NCBI RefSeq assembly: GCF_006345805.1
Contig: NC_042998.1
Location: 73,780,001 to 73,844,000, forward strand
Reading direction: 5' to 3'
DNA: 64,000 bases
DNA from: Octopus sinensis
Taxonomy: Eukaryota
The notes under the pieces were generated by a model, which did not search any database, had not been told where the DNA came from, and saw nothing but the letters and a program-made list of their open reading frames with translations. This document shows, one piece after another, positions 13,037 to 23,959 of this stretch (positions within the stretch are counted from its first letter, which is position 1; the number at the start of each line of letters is the position of its first letter). Position numbers and translations under genes: made by a program.

Positions 13037-13170
13037 CTATATATACATATATTCACATATATACCTATATATATATATATCGTTATATTTCGGGATTTGT
13101 ATAGAGATACACAATTCATAGTTATAGTTATTTTCGAGAAAAAAGGATTTAACATCATGTTACTTCATTC

Positions 13171-13217
<47 letters not shown>

Positions 13218-13282
13218 GTGTGTGTGTGTGTGTACATATATACATATATGTATACATATATATATATATATATTATATATAT

Positions 13283-13316
<34 letters not shown>

Positions 13317-13620
13317 GGCGCAGGAGTGGCTGTGTGGTAAGTATCTTGCTTACCCACCACTTGGTTCTGGGCTCAGACCCACCGCGTGACACCTTGGGCA
13401 AATGTCTTCTACTATAGCCTCGGGCTGACCAAAGCCTTGTAAGTGGATTTGGTAGACGGAAACTGAAGGAAGCCCGTTGTATATATGTATATATGTATGT
13501 GTGTGTATATGTTTGTGTGTCTGTGTTTGTACCTCCACCATCGCTTGACAACCCTAACTGGTGTGTTTGCATCCCCGTAACTTAGCGGTTCGGCAAAAGA
13601 AACCGATAAAATAAGTATTA
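13317..13620 (+). mobile_element. tRNA-derived SINE family B (CORE-like central motif)
   Basis: ggcgcaggagtggctgtgtggtaag head, accttgggcaa motif and ggtagacggaaactga body, shared with the copy at 42649. Confidence 0.85.
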
Positions 13621-13723
13621 CAGATTTTTACAGTTCCACAGGTTTTCAGAAGGTTCATTTCTCAAGAATGGTATTTAGACAGGTATGTATGTATGTATGT
13701 ATGTGTGTATGCATGTATGTATG

Positions 13724-13757
<34 letters not shown>

Positions 13758-14481
13758 TGTATGTATGTATGTATGTATGTATGCATGTATGTATGTGAAC
13801 AAACGCACACGGTGTAATGAAATGAATATTTTGAAAAAAAGATGAATACAGTGAGGTTGGCTGATGATCCTTAAATGCTGACACAGAAATAGTGGAATCA
13901 ATTGATACCAAAATATCTGTTCTTGCTTTTGGTTCATCCAAAAGTGAGGTCATTTCTATTATACACGTTGCATTCGCCGTGCGTGTTTCTTTGTAGTGAG
14001 AAATTTGTGTCTTTGGAGAGTTAACTCCTATTTCTAGCAGGCTGGTATTTCGGTACCTTAATTTATTTGCATATGTATGTATGTATGTATGGCGTAGGAA
14101 GGTTCCGTAATTTCTTGCTGGACAACCACGCAGATGATTTGTTTATAGTGATCAAATGTTTCTGTTCATGTGAGCTCACTCTCTCCATCAAATCGACATT
14201 ACCTGTACAGGTGCCCGGCGTGTAACGTGTCAAACGACGAAATGGAAAAGAGCAACGTAAAATGAACGCCGGGTTTGAGAATCGAAACCAAGATCTGGAA
14301 ATCATGAGTGCAACACCCTAACCACTAAGCCATGAGCCTTCGCAAATAAATATAGATAATTAGATACATACATACATACATGCATACATACATGCATGCA
14401 TACATGCATACATACATACGTACCTACCTACCTACCTATATACATACATAATACATAATACATAATACATACATACATACA

Positions 14482-14515
<34 letters not shown>

Positions 14516-15235
14516 CATAGTAGTCACTCGTAAGGGAATATGGCCACGTGACCTTCATTCATTGGTTTGGATACGGCTGTATTTACAAGGAGCTATATAC
14601 TCACTATCTCATCTTTTCCATTTTTGACCCAGCGTAAAATCTAGGATGAAAGCAAGGAAGAGACCGTTGTACTAGGGGACAAACACAGAAACACAGATAC
14701 TATGCGTTTATACGTACATACATACACGCACGCACACATACACACGCACACACATATACACGCACGCATAAGCTCCTTTCCTTTAGATATATATATATGA
14801 AGGCGCACATATGTGTGTGTGTGTGTGTGTGTGTGTGCGTGCGTGTGTGCGTGTGTCTGTGTCTGTATTTGTCCTCCACCACCGCTTGACAACCGGTGTT
14901 GGTGTGTTTATGTCCCTGTAATTTAGTGATTCGGCAAAGAGAGCGATAGAATAAGTACCAAGCTAAGCTAGTGTGTGTCTTGTGTGTGTGTGTGGGGGGG
15001 TCTTGCGTGTGTGTTTTGTGTGTGAGAGAGAGAGAGAAAGAGAGAGTCTGCGTTTGTGTTTGTCCCTCCATCACTGCTTGAATTTGGAACCATGTGGTTA
15101 GGAAGCAAGCTTCTTACTACATCGCCACGCCTACATACATGCATACATACATACATACATACATACATACATACATACATACATACATACATACATACAT
15201 ACATACATACATACATGCTTGTAAGCGATCGGGAG

Positions 15236-15740
15236 AAACTCTACTCAAAAAACACAAATAGAAAGTGGAAAACTTAAATAACAGTAGTAACCTGAAAAAT
15301 GTCAACTTGCTTAACCCATCCCCTAGCATTAGACGGAAACCCAATACGTCCTGCAGTTTGCTATCTCTGCTATGAAAACATTTTCCCTCGACACAATAAT
15401 ATCATAAGCTCTTCAGAAAGAAGAAAACTGAAGGTGGGCGACAGCTATTTAAATAGTAGGATATTTTGAATATTGAGTTACAGTCTAAGTTATACAAACA
15501 GAAACATGCGAACCCAGCTACCACAATACAATAGCAGAAACATCATAACCTGTCCACTTGGCGGCAAAGCGCTTACAAAAGCGCTTATACAGAGTAAGGA
15601 TACCAGCTTCAGATGTTTCTTAGAGAAACTATATTGGCCTCGCAGAAAATACATTTTAGACCACACACAACTCGTATACTCCTCTAGGACCAGAAGTAGA
15701 TTCAACACTGCTTTCCTACGTCAGTATACCTGAATAATTC
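15236..15740 (+). mobile_element. Penelope-like element linker and GIY-YIG fragment
   Basis: Frameshifted peptides KHFPSTQ*YHKLF, LSYTNRNM, CPLGGK-LTKALI and RNYIGLAENTF match the PLE linker Cys motif and YIG motif. Confidence 0.6.
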
Positions 15741-15829
15741 AAGTAGAATTACTAACATTCCTTGATGCTGGAGAATCGTCAAACATGTCACTTAATATTA
15801 ATGTGTCAAACAGATGTAACCTAACATTA

Positions 15830-15986
15830 TTTACATTATTTACATCATTTACATTTGACGGATATTTGACCTCATCTTGTTTGTTGTTAACACATTTCGG
15901 TTGATATACCCTCCAGCCTTCATCAGGTGTCTTGTTGAAATTTCGAACCTGGGTTCTCATTCCTAAGGTATTTTTCGATGTTGTTG

Positions 15987-16071
<85 letters not shown>

Positions 16072-16150
16072 TATTATTATTCAGGTCACTGCCTGGAATA
16101 GAACTCGGAATCTTGGGTTTAGTAGCCCGCGCTCTTAACCACTACGCCAT
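15830..16150 (-). mobile_element. Composite short element: tRNA-like head, (AAT/GAT)n, degenerate HHR-like motif, AATGT(A) tail
   Basis: Minus strand reads atggcgtagtggttaagagcgcggg...gagttctattcc, then microsatellite, then gacac-CTGATGA-a-ggctg...caacc-GAAA-t-gtgtt, then repeated aataatgt. Confidence 0.55.
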
Positions 16151-17394
16151 ATCTATTTATTTTCATATCCACTACGCCAAGTGGACAGGTTATGGTGTTT
16201 CTGCTATCACATTGTGGTAGCTGGGTCCGCATGTTTCTGTTTGTATAACTCAATATTCAAAATATCCTACTATTTAAATAGCTGTGGCCCACCTTCAGTT
16301 TTCTTCTTTCTGAAGAGCTTATGATATTATTGTGCCGAGGGAAAATGTTTTCATAGCAGAGATAGCAAACTGTAGGACGTATTGGGTTTCCGTCTAATGC
16401 TAGGGGATGGGTTAAGCAAGTTGACATTTTTCAGAGTACTACTGTTATTTAAGTTTTCCACATTCTATTTGTGTTTTTTGAGTAGAGTTTGTTTGTCTTT
16501 GTGTCTTGACAACCGGTGTTGGTGTGTAGGTACCTGTAACTTAGCGATTCGGCAAAGCGGACGATAGAATAATTACGCCTAAGTATGTCAGAAAAGCATC
16601 AACTTGGTGCTGGACTCCGTTTTTCCGCAGGATATTCTAAATATTATCCATGTATAAGTACATAAACAAGTAGTTCGGAAATAAAATTTATCTGCCAGCA
16701 GAGTAACCACTGCCGGCATCACCTACACAGCTCTTTTTCTAGCAACATCTGCTAACATTGCATCATTTTCGCTCTATATACGTATGATCATCATTTGTTC
16801 AACCCCTATTGACACAAAACGGTGCCAACCACTTCTGATCAAATGACAGTCAGATCGACAATTTTTACAGATATGATCTCACCTTAACCACCAGCGGTCC
16901 GAGGGTCGAACCTTATCTGACGCTCAGGGAAAGAAAGAAAGGTGGTTTAACGTTTCGAACAAAGCTCTTCTTCGGAAGCAGTGGAAAGTCCAATAGAAAA
17001 GGTAGATGGAGGAAAAAATCCCCAACGATTCACATGCGGTTACATTTTGATATGTGTGTTTGCGTGTGTGTGTATGTGTGTGTGCCATTGGAAATCCGAT
17101 TCAAATTTCCATTGGCCGACGATAAGCATCATCTTATGCTTTGAAACTTTAAGTACCACGGAATTCGGACCAAACTGTTTTGATCTATACATGTAACTCC
17201 CAATAAATAAATAAGTGTGTGGGGGTGTAAATATGTATGTACATGTGGCCATGCGAAAGATCTGTGCCATCAGACAAAGGTTGGGCACCAGCTAGTGAGT
17301 GAGCTATAGCACTTGGTACCTGCCTGGAGGCGCCGAGAAACAGAACAGAACTGTCGACGTCGGCCTACGACGAACAGCCGACGATGACGATGAT

Positions 17395-17745
<351 letters not shown>

Positions 17746-18299
17746 ATCACAATTCGTATACAAAATATATCCAGTGCAACATAAATATATATAATTCTGA
17801 TTTATTGAAATTATCTCCACCTCTGGAGGATGTCTCACAATTGCCAAACGGCAGGTGAGACTATCTTCCCTTCTCAGAGGAGGAGGAGGAGGAGGATTTT
17901 TTATGACATTTCACAGAAGCAGCTGTTTGTTCCGAAATGGTTGTCCATGGTTATCTTCTTTTTATCTGATTTTCGAAGAGATATTCACATCACCAGGGTC
18001 AGATGACCTCTATAATGGTACATACTCTTTCTTGTTTATCCCAAACAACTATATTTAGCCTGTTACGTTTTCACTTCATTGTATGTATGTATGCATCTAT
18101 GTAAATATATATTTATGTACGTATGTATGTATGCTTGCCCACCTATATGTATATATGTGTTTGTGGATGCATTGCGTGTGTATAGATACATGTATGTAAA
18201 GATAGGGGGAGAGAGATGTATATGTGTTTGTGTCAGACTATCAACAAGAAGAACAAGAAACTTCCTGTGAGAGATGAAAAGTGGAACGGCTATTGTGAA

Positions 18300-18905
18300 G
18301 TGACTGCAGATTTACTAGGGTGCCAGGGTCTCTTTCCTATCTCAGTTACGAAAAAAAAACGGACATTTTGATGTATGAAAGAATGAAAGTTGTAAATCTA
18401 GTCGAGTTAACGATTCCTCATGAAGATAACATGGACGTCGCTCGGACTCGAAAGATTGTCTGTTAAATTAACCTCCTCGAGGAATGTGAAGACGCAGGCT
18501 GGAAAGCGGAGCATTTTTCAATCGAAGTTGAATGTAGAGGGTCTGTTGGACACAGTGTGAGACGACTGTTGTTATCGTTAGGCCTAACTCATCGTAAGTA
18601 AATACCACCATGACCGATATCCAAACTATAGTGGAGAAGGCTAGCCACTGGGTTTGGCTAAAAAGAGACGATGAATGATGGCTAGAAGAATATTGAGCTG
18701 TATTTAATAACCAGTTGATCTACCAAGCGGGACCTCATAGCAGATGCGCATTGAGGCCATCGAGAGGTAGGTCCCGAAACGGCGCGCATTCTCTCCTGAT
18801 GACCCCATAAACTTGCTGGCTTCCGGTATGCGGAGTTCTCGACTGGTAGCACTTGCATGTGCAAGTTGTCTGCAAGACATCAACATGAGCTTGAGTTTAT
18901 TTATA
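18300..18905 (+). mobile_element. 3' end of a restriction-like-endonuclease LINE (HERO-like): PD-(D/E)xK domain and 3' UTR
   Basis: Peptides DI...LVELTIPHEDNM, ECEDAGWKAEHFSIEVECRG and VEKASHWVWLKRDD follow the REL-domain C-terminus pattern. Clade assignment is inferred. Confidence 0.65.
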
Positions 18906-18928
18906 TACGCATAATATATCAATAGTCT

Positions 18929-19490
18929 CGGGGTTAAAATAACACAGAGTTCTCTCCGCTCTTGCAATATATGTCAAATGCAGAGTGCACTGCATAACCA
19001 GCTGATGGGGGTGCCCTCATTAGGTTAAAATAGCAGTATCATCAGTTCCTAGCGAACACCCGTGTTTAAGTAGTATTAAACACTAGTTGTGAGTATTAAT
19101 GTTGCTTTCTTGACTAGCCAGTTTGCTTCTTGCAAGATCTGTTCCCCTCGTTTATAAATCCTAAGGTGCACTTCTGCTCTGTTAGGATGTCTTTGAGCTC
19201 GTTGAGTTGGATTTGACGTATTTTGGGGTCACTTATTTTTCTATATATTTCGAGCGGGAGTGAACTACTATGTCAAGCGGACGAGTATCCATCACCGAGT
19301 ATGACCATTAGAAGATCGAAACTTTACAGTCTGCTGGACCCGGGGCTAACATAGCAAGGAGTTCTCCCTCCGCTTGCAATATATATCGAGTGCACTGCAT
19401 AATAAGCTGTATGAGGTGTCCTCCTGGAGTTAAAATTGCAGTGTCGTTGGTTCTTAGTGAACACCCGTGTTTAGGTGGCGTTAAACACTA
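18929..19490. repeat. Diverged direct repeats (~18929-19085, ~19341-19490) bracketing a PLE fragment (~19120-19240, -)
   Basis: gagttctc...gagtgcactgcataa...gaacacccgtgttta...ttaaacacta occurs twice. The interior matches 24230-24320 of the PLE. Confidence 0.75.
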
Positions 19491-19972
19491 CTATATATCG
19501 ATAGAAATCTGCATATACGTATGTGGAATCTGTCTTCTCTCTTTTTATTATAGCACAATAAAAACACAACATCGACAGCTTAGATTACCTTCTGCACCGC
19601 CTTTGTTGAAACTACTGTAGACCTACTATATATGCATGTATATTTTCTATAACCGATATTTGTTATAAAAGTAAAAAGAAATAACGATAGATGGGAGGAA
19701 GAGAAAGAGAAACTGAAAGAGAGAAAAAGAGGTGGCTATAAAAATGATACATTTCTGTCACACTTTGTTATTAATCATTTATTGCACAACTTCAACAGAA
19801 AAATTAACTGCGGTTCTGTGTAGCTTTACGAGAATTCGTTATAACGTCTTTCCTCTGACATTTCTTCAACGCTGTCAACTAAAACATTCATGTGTTATCC
19901 ATTATTTTATTTTATCTTATTTTATATTTCTGATTCTAACATCAAGTTATTGTTGACAGTTGTCAAGTGAAC

Positions 19973-20341
19973 TGTCAACGCCACCACTACAAATAAATAG
20001 ATAGTGGGGTTTGAGGTGATTTAAATAGCGAATGCAGTGATCAGTAGCGAGCGTCGACAATTTCTCTCCAACATACAAATTTGTATAGGCACACACACGA
20101 TATATGCACTGTCTTTTAGATTTTACTCATTTCAGTTGTTAGACTCCGGTCATGCTGGGGCACCGGTTTGAAGAATTTTTCTCGAATGTATCGACTCCAG
20201 TACTTGTTCCTGGGATCTGTTACTTATTCTATCGGATTCTTAAACCGAACCGCTGTGTTGTGTGAACGTAAACACATCAGTACGGGTTGTCAAGCAAGCG
20301 GTGGTAATGGAGACACAGATGCAAAGACACACACACACATG

Positions 20342-20375
<34 letters not shown>

Positions 20376-20419
20376 AACACTCACACACACATATAAACTG
20401 AAAGAGGCCCGTCGTATAA

Positions 20420-20450
<31 letters not shown>

Positions 20451-20578
20451 GTAAAAAATAAATACAAACATGGACAAGAACATGAAACACCAAGGAGACG
20501 ACACAAGAACCACAGGACGGGACATTCGAAGCCCTCAGTCATCAGTCAAGAACCAGATCATCTTCACAATTTCGGCTG

Positions 20579-20613
<35 letters not shown>

Positions 20614-21055
20614 ATATATGCATCTATCTATCTATGTCTATCTTTATGTATATACTCGACTTCCTACCCAGCGTTGCCCGGTAAAGTATTCACGGAATTG
20701 TTTGCCGGTTTGTAGAATAGGAATTCATGGTACTTATGCATGTATATATATTTAACCTAACTTAGCAGCAGAAAGAGCGGATCCGTTTCCTTCCATTGGT
20801 CCCTCTGTCCTTCTTTCTTTCGTCACCCTGTTAAGAGCCGTGCAGCCCTCATCTCAGGCGTTTCTGCAAGTCTTCAACTATTTGTTCTTTGTTTCACATC
20901 CTGGAGACGCGCATTCCTATCTGCCGCAGTCTCTTCTTGCCTCGTTCTCTGTTGCATGACTCTCTCTTATCCTGCCGTCGTTCTGCTGTCATTTCAGTCG
21001 ACTAAAGGCGGTGCTCCAAAATGGCCGCAGTCGAATGACTGAAACAAATAAAAGA

Positions 21056-21148
<93 letters not shown>

Positions 21149-21598
21149 TTATACGACGGGCTTCTTTCAGTTTATATGTCTATATGAGTGCGTGTGTGTG
21201 TGTGTGTGTGCATGTGTGTGTGTGCGCGCGTGTGTGTGTGTCGTTACGTCTGTGTCCGCATCACCACCGCTTGCTCGACAACCCGTACTGGTGTGTTTGC
21301 GTCCACGCAACACGGCGGTTCATATAAGAATCCGATAGAATAAGTAACAGATCCCAGTAACAAGTACTGGGGTCGATACATTCGAGAAAAAATTCTTCAA
21401 GCCGGTGCCCCAGCATGGCCGGAGTCTTACAACTGAAATGAGTAAAATCTTAAAAAGACATAGTGCATATATCATGTGTGTCCCTGTACAAATTTGTACG
21501 TTGGAGAGAAATTATCGACGCTCGCTACTGATCACTGCATTCGCTATTTAAATCACCTCAAACCCACTATCTATTTATTTGTAGTGGTGGCGTTGACA
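19973..21598. repeat. Inverted duplication of a SINE B 3' half plus unique flank (arms 19973-20421 and 21147-21598)
   Basis: Arms are reverse complements with scattered substitutions, including ~160 bp of non-SINE flank. Confidence 0.9.
20770..21000 (-). mobile_element. Possible Helitron N-terminal repeat remnant
   Basis: Translates in part as RLAETPEMRAARL, resembling the R/E-rich repeats at the N-terminus of Helitron Rep/Hel proteins. Otherwise broken. Confidence 0.3.
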
Positions 21599-21702
21599 GA
21601 TTGATAGATAGATAGGGATCAGTTTGATAAGCGCCATGCAAAAAAATTGCCATTCCCACGTCCTATCTATATCTTTTCTGTTGAATGTGTGTGTGTGTGC
21701 GC

Positions 21703-21769
<67 letters not shown>

Positions 21770-22758
21770 GTGTGTGTGTGGTGTGTGTGTGTGTGTGAAT
21801 TGGTATGCATGAATAAATTCACACCTATTCAAGTTGGTGGAGTGTTGGCTTGATGAATAAACATTTCCTGTTTTGTAATTTTTGCTAAAAAGCAGAAATA
21901 GATGTCTGTGTGGTTCAAATGGGAAACACATTAGGAAGGTGTCTTATAGGGAGTTTGGATCAATGCAAACTATATGGAAACCCTCATGTGTGCGCACGCC
22001 TGTGGGAGTGCCTAAACTAAAGCGTTTATTGGAAACCCTAAGATAAATCTAGAGTAGTTAAGCAACAGATTTTAAGACTTCAGCACGGAAAATCTAGAAG
22101 ATGAATTCAAAATGAGTAGAGAAATGAGGGCGGACTTATACTCTGATGAACGGTCAGCGAAATCTGAGACAAGCCAAGGCAATCTCTTTTATTCAGTACG
22201 AACAGAATAACAAGTATTTCGTAGCTACAGTCTTACAAACTAAACTGCAACTATTTAAATATACGAATATGTTAATATGTGTACGTATGTGTATAGTATA
22301 TTACTACATGTGAGTGCATACATACATAGATTCATACACACATGTATTCATATATACATACAGATATATATATATGATATTATATATATTGTTTATATAA
22401 TATTATATATGCATATATAACGTATTATTCATACGTGCATACACAATCACACACATATACAGAACACACAACACACATACACACACACATATACAATGTG
22501 CATGTACGTGAACGCATAGCTGCGAATGATATTCGTATCGATGAGAAAACTGACAATAAACTGATGCGCCGAGCAAAACTCACATATTATTTTTACAGAT
22601 ATTCTTTCGTCACATTGGCGATCGTAAATCAGTGAAACAGAGAAGGCCCTGTTGGAAACTTATAAATAACAGCATTTCATTTCATAAAATATCTGATACA
22701 TATATGTCTGTGTGTGTGTATGTGTATATCTATATATATATATAGATATATATATAGA

Positions 22759-22789
<31 letters not shown>

Positions 22790-22843
22790 AGATATAGATA
22801 TATACATATATAATTAGATATATATATATATATATAATATATA

Positions 22844-22879
<36 letters not shown>

Positions 22880-23285
22880 TGTGTATATGTGTGTAAATGT
22901 AAAAAAATTACTAATGTATGATAGATGAGAACAAGGAGAGCAGCCGATGATCAAAGAGATAAAAGAGGAAAAACAACTGAAGAAACCAACTTCAAAACTA
23001 TTGTATATTTATTGTTGATGAGAAACTAATGGTAGGATTGGAAACTGATGAGACAGCGTCGATCATTGAAATAGAACATGTATTTCTTGAAAAAGAAAAG
23101 CAGCAGAGGATACTGAATGATGTGACAGGCTACAGTGCAGTCTACTTCTATATCGACAGAATGGTGTTTCAGTAGATGAAAGTAAAAGAAAACGCTAACA
23201 ATTTAATGAATTAACAAGATGAAATGTCACCATATATATATATATATATATATACGCGAGAAAGAAGCAACAAGAATGGATAGGT

Positions 23286-23376
23286 TTTTAGTACGATCGT
23301 TTCATACAAGGACAGGTTTTATTAAAAGTTGCAAAGATTACAGCATATAAACGAGTCCCGTACTCATCAGCTAAAA
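23286..23376 (-). ncRNA. Type I hammerhead ribozyme motif (GUA site)
   Basis: Reverse-complement copy of the motif at 23575-23665. Confidence 0.7.
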
Positions 23377-23574
23377 TACATGTAAGTTCTCTAGAATCCT
23401 AGTGTTGAGGCTATACTCATGAAGTATGTAGATAATTAAAACAGATTTCTAAAGTTCATTAAGTTCTTAAAGATCTTTAAAGAACTTTAATGAACTTTAG
23501 AAATCTGTTTAATTATCTACATTACTTCATGAGTATAGCCTCAAACACTAGGATGTCTAGAGAACTTACATGTA

Positions 23575-23665
23575 TTTTAGCTGATGAGTACGGGACTCGT
23601 TTATATGCTGTAATCTTGGCAACTTTTAATAAAACCTGTCCTTGTATGAAACGATCGTACTAAAA
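23575..23665 (+). ncRNA. Type I hammerhead ribozyme motif (GUA site after 23659)
   Basis: ttttag-CTGATGA-gtacgggac...gtccttgtat-GAAA-cgatcg-TA-ctaaaa. Stem I is 6 bp, stem II is extended, and stem III ACGATCGT is palindromic. Confidence 0.75.
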
Positions 23666-23959
23666 AACCTATCCATTCTTGTTGCTCTTCTCTCGTTATA
23701 ATCACCCCACATTACTGTATTGTTAAATCAGTATATAGTTTTTGGGTGCATCTAGTTAGGTACCAATTCAAGTAAATTTTTTTAAATTAACTTGAATCTT
23801 TATTGCTCTTGTATATATATATATATATATATATATAAGACGACAACATATATAAGGATGAAAGGACGAATGAAAAGAGGTACTCGTTTAGTAAAAGTTA
23901 CATATATTAAAAGAGTCTGATTCGGCCCCAAAGGACTTCAAGTCTTGTAAACGTCTTTC

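Larger units (their letters stand above)
15236..16490. repeat. Inverted duplication, arms ~15236-15525 and ~16218-16490
   Basis: aaactctactcaaaaaacac... is the reverse complement of ...gtgttttttgagtagagttt, with high identity across the arms. Confidence 0.9.
23257..23695. repeat. Spacer-less palindrome (~218-bp arms, centre agatct at 23471-23476)
   Basis: Arms are reverse complements apart from single-base indels. (TA)n on the left flank. Confidence 0.95.

Noticed and set aside
16946-16979. Minus-strand CCGAAGA-a-gagc..gttc-GAAA-CGT-T
   Set aside because: U4C core change and only 2 bp of stem I. Possibly a decayed HHR but not supportable.
18770-18810. GAAAC and CTGATGA in the HERO-like 3' UTR (also ~46930-46965) suggesting a type II hammerhead
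   Set aside because: The required stem II cannot form (ccc before GAAA faces cccc after CTGATGA), and there is no compatible stem III/NUH.
20505-20550. CTGANGA-11nt-GAAT-5nt-GTC motif (minus strand here, plus strand at ~42500-42540)
   Set aside because: GAAT replaces GAAA and stems I-III do not pair convincingly. It may be a remote relative, but it cannot be supported.
22135-22175. CTGATGA...GAAA spacing
   Set aside because: No stem II, stem III or NUH pairing in this copy.
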